A stretch of 64,000 nucleotides of DNA from an uncultured archaeon (GCA_963817525.1 CAWFOU010000001.1:416001-480000), one strand, 5' to 3'; counted from the stretch's first letter, positions 46,203 through 55,978 are shown. Translations and numbers: made by a program. The notes: generated from the sequence alone by a model not told the origin.

Positions 46203-46688
46203 GTGCTAAAGTCGGTGGAAGACCCCGGGGCTGGGGCGGTCGTCCTGTTCCTAGGGACTGTCAGGGACAACAACGAGGCGGGCCGGGTGGACAGGATAGT
46301 GTACGAGGCCTACGACCCGATGGCTGAAAAGGCGCTCGCGAGGACCGAGGATGAGGTGAGGCGGATGTGGCCGGAGACCAAGGCGGTGAAGATAGTGCAC
46401 AGACTGGGCGACCTTGCTGTGGGAGATGTCAGCGTCGCGGTAGCGGTCTCTTCGGCGCACCGGGCAGACGCGTTCGAGGCATGCCGCCACGCCATCGAGG
46501 CGATAAAGCACGATGTCCCCATGTGGAAGCGGGAAAGGCTGAGCGGTGGGGAAGAGGTGTGGGTCGAGGGAAGCCCCCTCGGGGCAAGGATGGGAGCCCG
46601 AGGCAGGCGGGGCAACCGCAGCACCGAGGTGAATCCCAGGAAACCCTCCAAGCGAGAAAAGACCAAATCGATCTCGCTTCACGGATGA
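46203..46688 (+). CDS. moaE: Molybdopterin synthase catalytic subunit
   Basis: GAVVLFLGTVR, YEAYDPMA, HRLG, SAHRADAF, PMWKRE; real start probably upstream (CTG 46173?). Confidence 0.92.
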   Translation: MLKSVEDPGAGAVVLFLGTVRDNNEAGRVDRIVYEAYDPMAEKALARTEDEVRRMWPETKAVKIVHRLGDLAVGDVSVAVAVSSAHRADAFEACRHAIEAIKHDVPMWKRERLSGGEEVWVEGSPLGARMGARGRRGNRSTEVNPRKPSKREKTKSISLHG

Positions 46689-46839
46689 AGGAGGTCGTCG
46701 ATACGGCTGAAGGGTTCGACGGGACAGCGGAGATCTGCCATTACGCCCGAGACCCTCTCGCCGAGGAAGCTCTCGACGCTGCCCCTCACATCCTCAACAG
46801 AGACGGCTGCAGGCGGCTGCCCCATTGAGCCGCCTGTAG

Positions 46840-47040
46840 CTAGTCTGCCTTCTCCATCAAGACGAAGGTCGTGGCGCCGCCAGGACTTCCCAGAAAGCCC
46901 TGGCCGACCCCCCAGCATTGTACTACGCGATATCCGTGGGCGGCTCTTGTATCCAGCGCTTGCAGGAGCGTCTCGCACCTGCCCGACTCTGCCAGTATTA
47001 CAAATCGCTTGCTGGGCGACTCGGTTGTGAATCCTGCCAT
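46840..47040 (-). CDS. Small hypothetical protein (DUF4177-like pattern)
   Basis: LDTRAAHGYRVVQ...FVLMEK; ATG 47040. Confidence 0.4.
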   Translation of the reverse strand: MAGFTTESPSKRFVILAESGRCETLLQALDTRAAHGYRVVQCWGVGQGFLGSPGGATTFVLMEKAD

Positions 47041-47186
47041 GCGAATCTCGTCTTTCCCGGCGCCGCCCCCCAATAATCCTTCTGTCTCTCCTTGACTCCT
47101 TTACGCCCCCCCGGGGAGTCTACCCTCGAGCACTCACACCTACGGCATATGGATTTAGCCATGCGCCCCTGTGGTCGAGCGGCGAA

Positions 47187-48458
47187 TTGCCCGACCAATT
47201 CCAGTACGCCCCACTCGACGAAGCGCTGCGGACTCTCGCGAACGCTCTGGGCCCGAAGTCGAGGGCGGAGACCGTGGACGTGAGGGAGGCGTACGGAAGG
47301 GTCATTGCAAAGGACGTCTTCGCGAGGGAGGACGCGCCGAGAAGGGACGCGTCCCACTTCGATGGGTTCGCGGTGATTTCAGAGGACACGCTTCGCGCCG
47401 CGCCCGACTCCCCCGTCATCTTGAAAATGAAGCGTGGAGCGAGCAGGCCGGGGCGGCTCCCAGCCGAGAGGCTGGCGCGATGGGAGGCCATGGAAGTGCT
47501 GACGGGGGGCTACCTTCCTCATGGCGCGGACGCGGTAGTCCCACTCGAGGAGGCCTCGTTTAAGGGGGGAAAGCTCCTCGTGAAGCGGCCTGTCGAGAAG
47601 GGCGGCCACGTCTACCCTGCTGGCGCCGACGTCAAGAAGGGCGAGCGAGTCTTGGAGCGGGGGAGGACCCTCATGGGGCAGGACCTCGTTCTCCTCGCGT
47701 CGCTTCGCTTCAAGAGCGTAGCCGCTTTCAAGAGGCCCAGGGTGGCCATCCTCCCGACGGGGAGCGAGCTCACTGCCCGTATGGGCGACGAGCGCAGCGG
47801 GAAGGTCGTCGAGTCGCACAGCCTTCTCCTCGATAAGCTGGTCAAGGAGGCCGGCGGGGAGCCGGCTACCTTTCCCATAGTCCCAGACGACAAGCGAGCG
47901 CTCTCGCGTGCCCTCGCCCGCGCGCTGAAGGAGAGCGAGGTGGTCTTCACGCTTGCGGGCTCCTCGGTCGGTGGGCCTGACCTCGTGGACTCCACGATAC
48001 GGGGGTTCGGGAAGGCGACGACCGCCCTGATCCACGGACTCAGGGTCAACAGGGGGAGGGTGATGGGTTTCGCGGTGGTACGGGGGAAGCCCGTGGTCAT
48101 CCTGCCCGGGCCCATCCAAGGCGCGCTCAACGCCTTCATCGTCCTCGGGTACCCGCTAGTAAGGTATCACCTGGGGATGGGGTGGGAGGAACCGCCGGCT
48201 GTCGCGGCCGCGATGGCGGCTGACTGGGACGCCACGGGCAAGTTCAAAGACTTTGACCAGATTGTGTACCTGCGGCTCACGAGGGACCCCGGCAGTCCCG
48301 ACGGCCTGCTCGCCACGCCCTCGACCGGCGATACCGAGAAGGTGAGCTTCCTGGTCTCGAAGAACGCCTACGCCTTCGTCGCCGGCGAAAACCCCCACCT
48401 GGCGAAGGGAGACCGGATACAAGCCCGCCTTCTCCCTGGCTTCTCAAGGCTCGAGTAG
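47187..48458 (+). CDS. moeA: Molybdopterin molybdenumtransferase
   Basis: GRVIAKD, SHFDGFAV, TGGYLPHGADAVV, PTGSEL, LPGP. Confidence 0.92.
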   Translation: MPDQFQYAPLDEALRTLANALGPKSRAETVDVREAYGRVIAKDVFAREDAPRRDASHFDGFAVISEDTLRAAPDSPVILKMKRGASRPGRLPAERLARWEAMEVLTGGYLPHGADAVVPLEEASFKGGKLLVKRPVEKGGHVYPAGADVKKGERVLERGRTLMGQDLVLLASLRFKSVAAFKRPRVAILPTGSELTARMGDERSGKVVESHSLLLDKLVKEAGGEPATFPIVPDDKRALSRALARALKESEVVFTLAGSSVGGPDLVDSTIRGFGKATTALIHGLRVNRGRVMGFAVVRGKPVVILPGPIQGALNAFIVLGYPLVRYHLGMGWEEPPAVAAAMAADWDATGKFKDFDQIVYLRLTRDPGSPDGLLATPSTGDTEKVSFLVSKNAYAFVAGENPHLAKGDRIQARLLPGFSRLE

Positions 48459-49091
48459 CCGGCGCACCACCTCGAGGTCGTGCGGGGTGTCCACGTCCCC
48501 GAGCCTTAGGGGCGACCTGACCCTGACGAGAGAAACGCTGTCCATGTGCTTCTCTATCACTGATCTTGCTCCCTGGTCTCCGCGCAGCGCTGAGAGCTCT
48601 GAGAAGTATATCCTGGAGAAGACGGCCGGGGGGGCCACCACGCCTCCCCGAGCGGCCGCCACGATTCCCTTTGACCCGCGCGCCTCAAAGGCGTCAAGCA
48701 TGCCCCGGAGGAACCGCCTCGTGATGAACGGTTGGTCCACAAGGACGATCATGACCGCGTTCGAGCCTGGCGCGACCGCCGAGATGCCTCTCCTGATGGA
48801 AGTGGCCATCCCCTCCCGATAGGCCGGGTTCAAGACCACCTTGACGCCCCGCCTCGTGCCGACGGCCTTGGAAACCAAAGGCGCTTCATGTCCCACCACG
48901 ACTATCGTCTCCTTCACGCGCGAAGCGGGGACGCTGTCGAGCGCCCTCTCGAGGAGGGTCCTGCCGCCTATTAGCGCGAGCTGCTTCGTCCGGAGGAAGC
49001 GGGAAGACGTGCCGGCTGCCAGCAGGACGGCCGAGGGCCCGGGGCCCGCGGTCGCCCCTCTCGTCCCAGCCCCCCGCGGTGTCGACCCCAC
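48444..49091 (-). CDS. MobA/MocA-like nucleotidyltransferase
   Basis: LAAGTSSRF..KQL, GMATSI, LVDQP, GDQGAR, DVDTP; start set at GTG 49091. Confidence 0.8.
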   Translation of the reverse strand: MGSTPRGAGTRGATAGPGPSAVLLAAGTSSRFLRTKQLALIGGRTLLERALDSVPASRVKETIVVVGHEAPLVSKAVGTRRGVKVVLNPAYREGMATSIRRGISAVAPGSNAVMIVLVDQPFITRRFLRGMLDAFEARGSKGIVAAARGGVVAPPAVFSRIYFSELSALRGDQGARSVIEKHMDSVSLVRVRSPLRLGDVDTPHDLEVVRRLLEP

Positions 49092-49169
49092 ATCAGGCGC
49101 CTCGCTTCGGACGGGACAGGGGGAGCAATAATATATCTCCCCGTAAGGGGCTGGAAGCGAATTCAGACA

Positions 49170-49367
49170 ATGCCGCTCCAAGTCCGTTCAAAGGAAGAGG
49201 CCGAGGGCCTGGTCGAAAAGGCCACCGAGATCAGGGTCGTGAAGGGCAAGGGCGACAGCGTCAAGCTGAAGCTGAGGACCCCGAAGGCCCTCTACACGTT
49301 CGTGACGACGGCCGACGAAGCGACCGCCATGACGAAGGGCGTCAAGACGCCCATAATCGACTTTTAG
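49170..49367 (+). CDS. rpl38e: 50S ribosomal protein L38e
   Basis: MPxQ..EIRVVK..VKLKLRT..LYT pattern of eL38. Confidence 0.7.
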   Translation: MPLQVRSKEEAEGLVEKATEIRVVKGKGDSVKLKLRTPKALYTFVTTADEATAMTKGVKTPIIDF

Positions 49368-49449
49368 CGCCACGATTTCGAGGGCGGTGCGAAGCTGCGT
49401 GTCAATCCGTCGCTTCTCAGAGGTGGCACAAGAACTGGGGGCAGACACG

Positions 49450-50694
49450 CCTTAAGCGATGCGCGGTGGACGCACGTTAGAACGGAAGCTGGCGAAGGGG
49501 TGTTTAAATATGGAAATCCGTTAATATACGGATGCTCACCAGTCTCAAGTTTCGACTATATCCGACAGCGTTGCAAACAAGGATGATGCACGAGACGCTT
49601 GAGACTTGTAGACGGCTCTACAACTCCATGCTCGCGGACAGGATAGAGAACGGGAGGGATTTCTACGAGCAGAAGAGAATGCTCGTGGAATTGAAGACGA
49701 AAGACAAGCATCTCAGGTCAGTCCATTCTCAGGTCTTGCAGGACGTCGTGTTGAGGCTGGACAAGGCCTACCAGGCGTTCTTTGTAGGGTTGAGTAGATC
49801 CCCCAAGTTCAAGAGAAGTGGTCGCTACAAGTCATTCACGTACCCGCAGTCTGGCTTCAAGCTCGAAGGCAACAAAATTAGGCTTAGCACTATTGGAAAT
49901 GTGAGATTGAGGCTTCATCGCGAAGTCACTGAGGCAATAAAGCGGGTCACCGTAGTTAGGGAGATTGACCAGTGGTTCGTGATTTTGTTGATGCAGGCCG
50001 TCCCTATCACAGTTCGGTCAGGAGGCGGCGCAATAGGGGTGGACTTGGGAATCTCGAATCTCATGGCGCTGAGCAACGGGGCACTGATTGCGAGCCCGGG
50101 CTTCTTGAAAAGGTCTAAGAGACTAATAGAAGGGCTCAATAAAGAGGTCTCTGCCAAGAAAAGGGGCTCGAAGAATCGGGAGAAGGCGAAAATGTCCCTT
50201 GCGAAGGCGTGGAGGAAGGTGAGAAGGCAGAGAGAGGATTTCGCCCACAAATTGTCCGACCATCTCACGAAGCGTTACAAACTCATCGTGTTCGAAGACC
50301 TCAAAATCAGAAATATGGTGAAGAACCGCAATCTGGCATCGGCAATAATGGATTCCGGGTGGGGTAGCCTGTGCCAATTAACTGCCTACAAGGCAGAGGC
50401 GCGGGGCGGACGAATGATCTTCGTCGAACCCAAAGGGACATCGCAGAAATGCTCTGGATGCGGAGACGAGGTTCCCAAGGAGCTATCGGAAAGAGTTCAC
50501 GACTGCCCGAGATGCGGGCTGGTCATGGACAGGGATGTGAACGCCGCACGAAACATCCTGAAGCTGGGCCAGGAACTGGCCCGTGTGGAGGAGCGACCTC
50601 TACTTGTCCAACGAAGGAGGGTAAGCAAGTTCGCTCCTATGAATCAAGAAGTTCATGGTATGAAGCACGAGAGCTTCAACCGTGGGTAGTTCAC
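49450..50694 (+). mobile_element. TnpB-only IS605-type element; right end at TTCAC 50694, left end uncertain
   Basis: Subterminal hairpin followed by gggtagttcac, typical IS605 right end. Confidence 0.65.
49532..50689 (+). CDS. tnpB: TnpB RNA-guided endonuclease (IS605 OrfB)
   Basis: KFRLYPT, SQVLQ, GVDLG, FEDLKI, TSQKCSGC..CPRC, DRDVNAA. Confidence 0.93.
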   Translation: MLTSLKFRLYPTALQTRMMHETLETCRRLYNSMLADRIENGRDFYEQKRMLVELKTKDKHLRSVHSQVLQDVVLRLDKAYQAFFVGLSRSPKFKRSGRYKSFTYPQSGFKLEGNKIRLSTIGNVRLRLHREVTEAIKRVTVVREIDQWFVILLMQAVPITVRSGGGAIGVDLGISNLMALSNGALIASPGFLKRSKRLIEGLNKEVSAKKRGSKNREKAKMSLAKAWRKVRRQREDFAHKLSDHLTKRYKLIVFEDLKIRNMVKNRNLASAIMDSGWGSLCQLTAYKAEARGGRMIFVEPKGTSQKCSGCGDEVPKELSERVHDCPRCGLVMDRDVNAARNILKLGQELARVEERPLLVQRRRVSKFAPMNQEVHGMKHESFNRG

Positions 50695-51605
50695 CGGAGA
50701 TAAAAGGCCAGGAGCACGGCAACCCCAAGCCCCATCGGGATTGGGAGGCCCGGCAGCAGCTTGGACTTGCTCAAGAGATAGAGGGTCACCACCACACCAG
50801 CGTCGACCGCTAGTATCGCGAGGAAGGCAGAGCTGAACCCGAACGTATAGTACCCGAGCGCGGGCACCATGGCGTAGAAAACGGTGTCCCCCGTCCCTAT
50901 GGAAAAGCCGCCTATCGTGGAGGCCATCGTCGTCAGCGACTCGTCGGGCAGCGTGTTGATGAGCGTCTTGAGAGGCCCCTTGAAGACGGTGTAGATGTCG
51001 TAGAGCGAGAACCCCAGGGGGAGAAGTATCGCCGTGAGGATGGGTATCGCCGTCGCGAAGTAGCTCCCCACTTCAGCTGAGAGCAGCCCAGTCAGGACGA
51101 GGGCGTACGAAGCGGGCACCTTGCGCAGGGCGATGAGGGACAGGAGCACCACAGTCGCGGTCCCGAACGCCAGCGAGAGATAGAGGGACGCGTTCGCGCT
51201 CATGTATCCCTCGGTCAGGCTGGTCGAGGCGAGCAGGGTGAGGAGGAAGAGCGCTATCGCGGTGCCTCCGAAGATCATCGCCATGAAAATCTTCACCTTC
51301 CGCTTGCGGGCCAACCATACCGCCGTCACGGTGGTGGCGAAGACAAAGGCGACGAGTATCAGGACGTTGACGATGGAGCCTCCAGAGGATGGTCCCGCAG
51401 GCTCGTACACCGGACCTACCGCTTCGGTGATGGGGGCGTTGACCTTCGTTATCGCCAGTGCGAATGCCTGGATGATTAAGATGAACACCAGCGTCTTTAT
51501 GGTCGCTAGACCTGCGCCCTGAGGCTCGGCGTCGCCGACGGTCCCCGGGGGCTCAGGAGTGAGTCCCGTACCCGTGTCGGGCGCTCCATCTGACAACTGG
51601 GTCAC
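50691..51605 (-). CDS. Presenilin-like GxGD intramembrane aspartyl protease
   Basis: Multiple TMs, YD motif (SLYDIY), GTGD, LPGLP (PAL-like). Confidence 0.85.
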   Translation of the reverse strand: MTQLSDGAPDTGTGLTPEPPGTVGDAEPQGAGLATIKTLVFILIIQAFALAITKVNAPITEAVGPVYEPAGPSSGGSIVNVLILVAFVFATTVTAVWLARKRKVKIFMAMIFGGTAIALFLLTLLASTSLTEGYMSANASLYLSLAFGTATVVLLSLIALRKVPASYALVLTGLLSAEVGSYFATAIPILTAILLPLGFSLYDIYTVFKGPLKTLINTLPDESLTTMASTIGGFSIGTGDTVFYAMVPALGYYTFGFSSAFLAILAVDAGVVVTLYLLSKSKLLPGLPIPMGLGVAVLLAFYLR

Positions 51606-51608
51606 CCA

Positions 51609-52865
51609 TCACACGTCGTATACTTCTCCCACGTGGGGAGCGAGGGCCTCTACGCCCAGTTCCGTCTTGAGCTCCGTGGCCAGCTGGACGCAGCTCTCCT
51701 CTTCGCCGTGGACGGTCATGAACTTCGGCGAGCCCTTTATGGCCCTGAGGTCGCCATGTAGCTCGGCCTTGCCGCTGTGGGAAGAGAAATCGAAGCGGCG
51801 GACCTCCGCCCTGACCTTGACCGGCTTTCCTGCGATCAGCGTCATCCCCTTGTCTATGAGCGTCCTTCCTGGTGTGCCCGGGACCTGGAAGCTCACTATG
51901 GCGACTCCGTTCTTCTCGCCCATCGCCAGCCGCTCGTTGTAGAAGATGGACGTGCCGCCGACGAGCATCCCTGCTGGGGCGATTATCACTCCTGGGTTCT
52001 TGATGTAGTTCCGCCTCTGGTTCCAGCCCGAGATGCGCTCCACGTGCTCCAGCGTCCTCCTGAACTCCACCGGGTCGCGGAGGTACTCCTGGTTCCGGAT
52101 CAACACCTCGTTCACCTTGAGGGCCATCCCGTCCATCGCCACCGGGTGCTTGAACCCGTGCTTGTGGAGGGTCATGGCGAGCTCCTGCGCCCTCCCCACC
52201 GAGAAGGCCGGGGCGAGCAGCACCCCTCCTCTCTCGACTATCATGTTGGCGTAGTCGAAGAAGTCCCTCTCCACCTGCACCCTCGCGGGATGGTTTGCGG
52301 TGGCGTACGTGCTCTCGGTTATGACCATGTTGGCCTCGCCAAGCTCCCTGGACGACGAGTTGAGCAGTCCGGTCTCCGAGCCGTTGATGTCACCCGTGTA
52401 GAGCAACCGCCTGCTCCCGGCCTCCACAGCGATCACGCAGGACCCGGGTATGTGCCCGGCGTCGTAGAACGTTACCGTGAAGTCCTTTATCTGGAACGAC
52501 TGCTTGTAGGGGTGGTTGACCGTCTGCCTGTTCATCGACATGAGGTCGATGAACTCGAAGGGCAGGTACGGCCCTGATATCTTGATGAAATCCTCTATCA
52601 GCATGTTGGAGAGCTCGGCCGTCACGGGGGTGCAGTGAAGCTTCACGTTGTCCCCCAAGAACATCACGGGGGTCGCGCCCGAGTGGTCGAGGTGCGCGTG
52701 GCTCAGGATGAGGCCGTCCACCGTCTTGGGCTGGACGTGCATGGGGAATCCTGGCTCCCTCGTCGTGAGCGCGCCATAGTCGAGGATTATGTTAGAGTCG
52801 CCGTGCGAAACCAAAAATGCTGAGCGGCCCACTTGCCTGGCCGCACCTAAGACCTTTACTTGCAT
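51609..52865 (-). CDS. MBL-fold beta-CASP ribonuclease (aCPSF-like)
   Basis: HAHLDHSG, AGHIPGS, YTGD, ESTY, PAFSVGRAQE, FSSH, VHGE. Confidence 0.9.
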   Translation of the reverse strand: MQVKVLGAARQVGRSAFLVSHGDSNIILDYGALTTREPGFPMHVQPKTVDGLILSHAHLDHSGATPVMFLGDNVKLHCTPVTAELSNMLIEDFIKISGPYLPFEFIDLMSMNRQTVNHPYKQSFQIKDFTVTFYDAGHIPGSCVIAVEAGSRRLLYTGDINGSETGLLNSSSRELGEANMVITESTYATANHPARVQVERDFFDYANMIVERGGVLLAPAFSVGRAQELAMTLHKHGFKHPVAMDGMALKVNEVLIRNQEYLRDPVEFRRTLEHVERISGWNQRRNYIKNPGVIIAPAGMLVGGTSIFYNERLAMGEKNGVAIVSFQVPGTPGRTLIDKGMTLIAGKPVKVRAEVRRFDFSSHSGKAELHGDLRAIKGSPKFMTVHGEEESCVQLATELKTELGVEALAPHVGEVYDV

Positions 52866-53016
52866 GCGTTAAATCCGTCTGTTCCTTCGGCCCGTCAGAC
52901 CCTCTTTAAGGGTTTGCTTGGCGCGTTGGGGGTCCAAGAGGTTTTTCGCGGACCGCCCGGGCCAAACCATCGAGCCCGCATAGCCTTAAGAGCGGATTTT
53001 CCGGACTGCGCCAAGC

Positions 53017-53469
53017 TTGACTGGCCTTTCTGAGGACGAGCGGACCGCGGCAAAGGTCGAGGAGCTCGACAAGCTGATCGCCGAGCTTGAAGGACGGCGC
53101 CGGGAGCTCGTGGAGGCGGCCAAAGCAAGCAAGGCGATCCCCGCCGCTCCGAAGACGGAGGCGGTGGAGGCTAACCCGCCTCCCAGGCATGAGGCTCCCG
53201 CTCGCGTGCCGAGCCCCGCGGCCTCGCTAAGGTCGAGGAGCGCCCTCGAGAAGGAGCTGGACGAGCTTCCTTGGAAGAGCTTCAAGAAGAAGGAAGGGGA
53301 GTGGGCGTTCCTCAGGGACAGGGAGGGCAGGCTAGTGGAGGAGCTCCAGTCGTCGAAGGAGTTCGTGGACAGGCTCAGGAAGGAAGGCGAGGTGGTGGTC
53401 GGGAAATACCGATATCATGTCTCTGAGGACAAGTTCCTCAACAGGTACTACGCCGGCGGAAGCAAGTGA
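53017..53469 (+). CDS. Hypothetical protein (coiled-coil N-terminus)
   Basis: Coding-like codon usage; TTG start after TATA-like ccttaag. Confidence 0.6.
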   Translation: MTGLSEDERTAAKVEELDKLIAELEGRRRELVEAAKASKAIPAAPKTEAVEANPPPRHEAPARVPSPAASLRSRSALEKELDELPWKSFKKKEGEWAFLRDREGRLVEELQSSKEFVDRLRKEGEVVVGKYRYHVSEDKFLNRYYAGGSK

Positions 53470-53488
53470 CGAAGCGCTTCAGCTCGGC

Positions 53489-53695
53489 CTAGTTGAGCCC
53501 GATCTCGGGGAAGTGGGCCGGGGGTAGCCCCAGTTGGGACTGGAGGGTCCTTATCCTCTCGGCATATTTCAGCATGTTAGGCATGTCTCCCTGCGCCTTG
53601 GCTATCTTGTATGCCCGCCACGCCTTCTTCAGAGCGCCCCAGCTCTGCCCTGCGGTGTACGACATCAGGTTCGCCGCACCAGCTTTCGACTCCAA
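53489..53695 (-). CDS. Small conserved hypothetical protein (Nitrososphaerota-like)
   Basis: MSYTAGQSWGALKKAW..YKIAK..IRTLQ..LG; recalled from memory, not searched. Confidence 0.6.
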   Translation of the reverse strand: MESKAGAANLMSYTAGQSWGALKKAWRAYKIAKAQGDMPNMLKYAERIRTLQSQLGLPPAHFPEIGLN

Positions 53696-53748
53696 CGGTT
53701 TTTAGGCCTTGTGCCGCCTTTGCGGCCCTGGGCCATCGGAGGCTCTCT

Positions 53749-54882
53749 TCACGCGCTCACGTCGGGCTCGAGGTCCAACTCGGACTCGTCGGCACCCTGG
53801 GAGCCAGCCTCGTGCCTCCTAAACCACGCTACCGGCTTGCCCTGCTCGATCGTCACCGCGGTCAGCCTGTACCCGGTGCCCTCGACACGGCTGACGAGGG
53901 TCCTGCTGATCTGGTTCCTGCTCGTCTCTATGCTTAGCATGTCGTCGAGGATCACCCCGATGGTGTAGACGGGCTCCACCCTCCACCTGAACTCCCTGAG
54001 CACCTTCGAGACCCTCACCGCCTCTTCCCTGTTCCCAGTCCCTCCCTGGATGTACCAGGACTTTGAGACCAAGAGGGGGTTGTCGTCCTTCTGCTGCTGC
54101 TTGGGGACGGCTGCCTCCTTCGGCGTCACCTGCACCGGAGCCGGCGCTGGCGGAGCTGCCGCGGGCGCGGGTTCCCGGTGGGGCTCTTGGGCCGGCTCGG
54201 GGATAGGAGCTGAAATTTCCTCGCCGATGGGCGGCTCGGGCCCTTGCTCTTGTGCGGCGACGGAGGGCTGCGGGCTCGCCAGGGCTACCTCGGAGGCATC
54301 TTGAGGCGCCTGGCTCGTCTCCACCACTGGCTCGGCGGCCTGTGCCTCCGGCGTCTCTTGGGCTTGGGTCGCGAGCATCTCCTGCGCGTCGAGCTCGTAT
54401 TCCACCACCTCGGCGTCCCAAACGTATCGCCGGCCGGTGACATCGTAGTCGACGAACTCTCCCTTCGCGAGCATCTGCCTCGCCTTCTTCGCTTCGTCGA
54501 ACGGCAGGGAGGTGCTGAACGCCTCCTGAAGGTCCTGGTCGAAACCGCGGACACGGATCAGCGGCTGGCCGAGCGAGAGGGAAGCCTCCATGTTGACTAT
54601 CACCTTCCCGACCTTCGTCGGGACTTCCTCCTCCAGGGACTTTTCTTCCGAGGCGGCCTGCTCGAACCGGGCAGGCGACGGCTTTGCGAGACCTGTGGGC
54701 TCCGCGACCTGGTGGCCCGCCTTGCCGCGACCTGTGGGCTCCACGATCTCGTGGCCCGCGTGCCTGACCTTGAACTGCTCTACGCTCAGGTTCGAGTAGA
54801 ACGCGTCCGATATGCCGCAGGTCTTGCACTCCACCTGGATTTTCTGGAGGACGCTGTATCTGCCGCTTCGCTTCTCGCTCAA
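53749..54882 (-). CDS. Hypothetical protein with N-terminal CxxC...H..H zinc-finger-like motif and Pro/Glu-rich linker
   Basis: CKTC...RHAGH; TTG overlaps stop of upstream gene. Confidence 0.65.
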   Translation of the reverse strand: MSEKRSGRYSVLQKIQVECKTCGISDAFYSNLSVEQFKVRHAGHEIVEPTGRGKAGHQVAEPTGLAKPSPARFEQAASEEKSLEEEVPTKVGKVIVNMEASLSLGQPLIRVRGFDQDLQEAFSTSLPFDEAKKARQMLAKGEFVDYDVTGRRYVWDAEVVEYELDAQEMLATQAQETPEAQAAEPVVETSQAPQDASEVALASPQPSVAAQEQGPEPPIGEEISAPIPEPAQEPHREPAPAAAPPAPAPVQVTPKEAAVPKQQQKDDNPLLVSKSWYIQGGTGNREEAVRVSKVLREFRWRVEPVYTIGVILDDMLSIETSRNQISRTLVSRVEGTGYRLTAVTIEQGKPVAWFRRHEAGSQGADESELDLEPDVSA

Positions 54883-55052
54883 CGGGCCGCCAGCTCCTGG
54901 ACCAGTTGGGACTGCGCCAGCGCGCCTGAGATCAGCTCGCTCGCCGACCCGCTGACGCTGAGACGGCTCCCCTTCGTCTTGCTCTTTTCTGCCACGTAGT
55001 CTATCAGATTCATGTAGACCGCGTCTTCGAGGGCGACGGTGATCTTCTTCAT
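54879..55052 (-). CDS. Small ribbon-helix-helix-like protein (57 aa; below ORF-track cutoff)
   Basis: Manual translation MKKITVALEDAVYMNLIDYVAEKSK...LSVSGSASELISGAL; TTGA coupling to next gene. Confidence 0.6.
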   Translation of the reverse strand: MKKITVALEDAVYMNLIDYVAEKSKTKGSRLSVSGSASELISGALAQSQLVQELAAR

Positions 55053-55212
55053 GTCTGGGACTCCGAGAATCCCACGGTGATATTAGCAGATATGCCTCTT
55101 TCCAGAAGTCCTGAAAGAGCCTGCTGGATTACGGTCGGGACGGTCGGGCCTGTCGAGCCATCCGCGCGAGCCAACGTTTAAGACTGCACTCGGGTGAGGC
55201 GGACGAATCGGG

Positions 55213-55962
55213 ATGTCTTCCCCAGCTCAGCCGGCTTCGATACGCATCCTCCCCGAGGTCATCGGGCGCAGCAGGCTCGAGGCCAAGGCCTTGATAGCCG
55301 GATTCCACGGGATCGGCGCGACGGGCTACTGGACGGTGAAGTTCCTGATCCAGGAGCTGAAGGCTAGAAGGGTCTGCTACATCGACTCGGAGTTCGCCCC
55401 CGCAGTCTCGTCGACGGTGAAGAACGAGATCTCCACCCCCTACGAGCTATACGGGGTAGGCGACCTCTTGTTCCTAAAGGCCGAGGTCCCGCCGCTTCGC
55501 GAGAACGAGACCCGCTTCTTCAGGGAGCTCAGCCAGTGGATAATCGGCTCGGGCATCCGTGAAGTCACCCTTATCGGCGGCCTCGACGAGTCTCTCCGCT
55601 CCGACGACTCGAAATACCGTCTCGTGCTCACGGACTCGATGAAGGCCGGGGAGCACGGGCGTGGGCTGGAGGCCGAGCCAGTACTCGAGGAGGGGAGGAT
55701 GATAGTTGGGCCGGTCGCCGTCATGCTCAACGCCTTCCAGATGTGGGGCTATCCAGCGGCCGCGATCCTCGCGTACTCCAACACGGAGCGCATAGACCCA
55801 AGAGCCGCGGCGGCCGCGGTCGACTTCGTGGCTAGAAGGTACTCCCTCGAGGTGAACATAGAGCCCTTGATCAAGGGCGCCGAGGAGCTCGAGCGCGAGC
55901 TTGTGGGGCTCGCCCAGAAGGACAAGGACAAGGGCGGTCCTCCGGGCGCGATATACTCCTAG
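55213..55962 (+). CDS. PAC2-family proteasome assembly chaperone
   Basis: AGFHGIGATG, LIGGL, IVGP, DPRAAA, C-terminal IYS (HbYX-like). Confidence 0.8.
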   Translation: MSSPAQPASIRILPEVIGRSRLEAKALIAGFHGIGATGYWTVKFLIQELKARRVCYIDSEFAPAVSSTVKNEISTPYELYGVGDLLFLKAEVPPLRENETRFFRELSQWIIGSGIREVTLIGGLDESLRSDDSKYRLVLTDSMKAGEHGRGLEAEPVLEEGRMIVGPVAVMLNAFQMWGYPAAAILAYSNTERIDPRAAAAAVDFVARRYSLEVNIEPLIKGAEELERELVGLAQKDKDKGGPPGAIYS

Positions 55963-55978
55963 GCGGTCGCTGAGTTTC

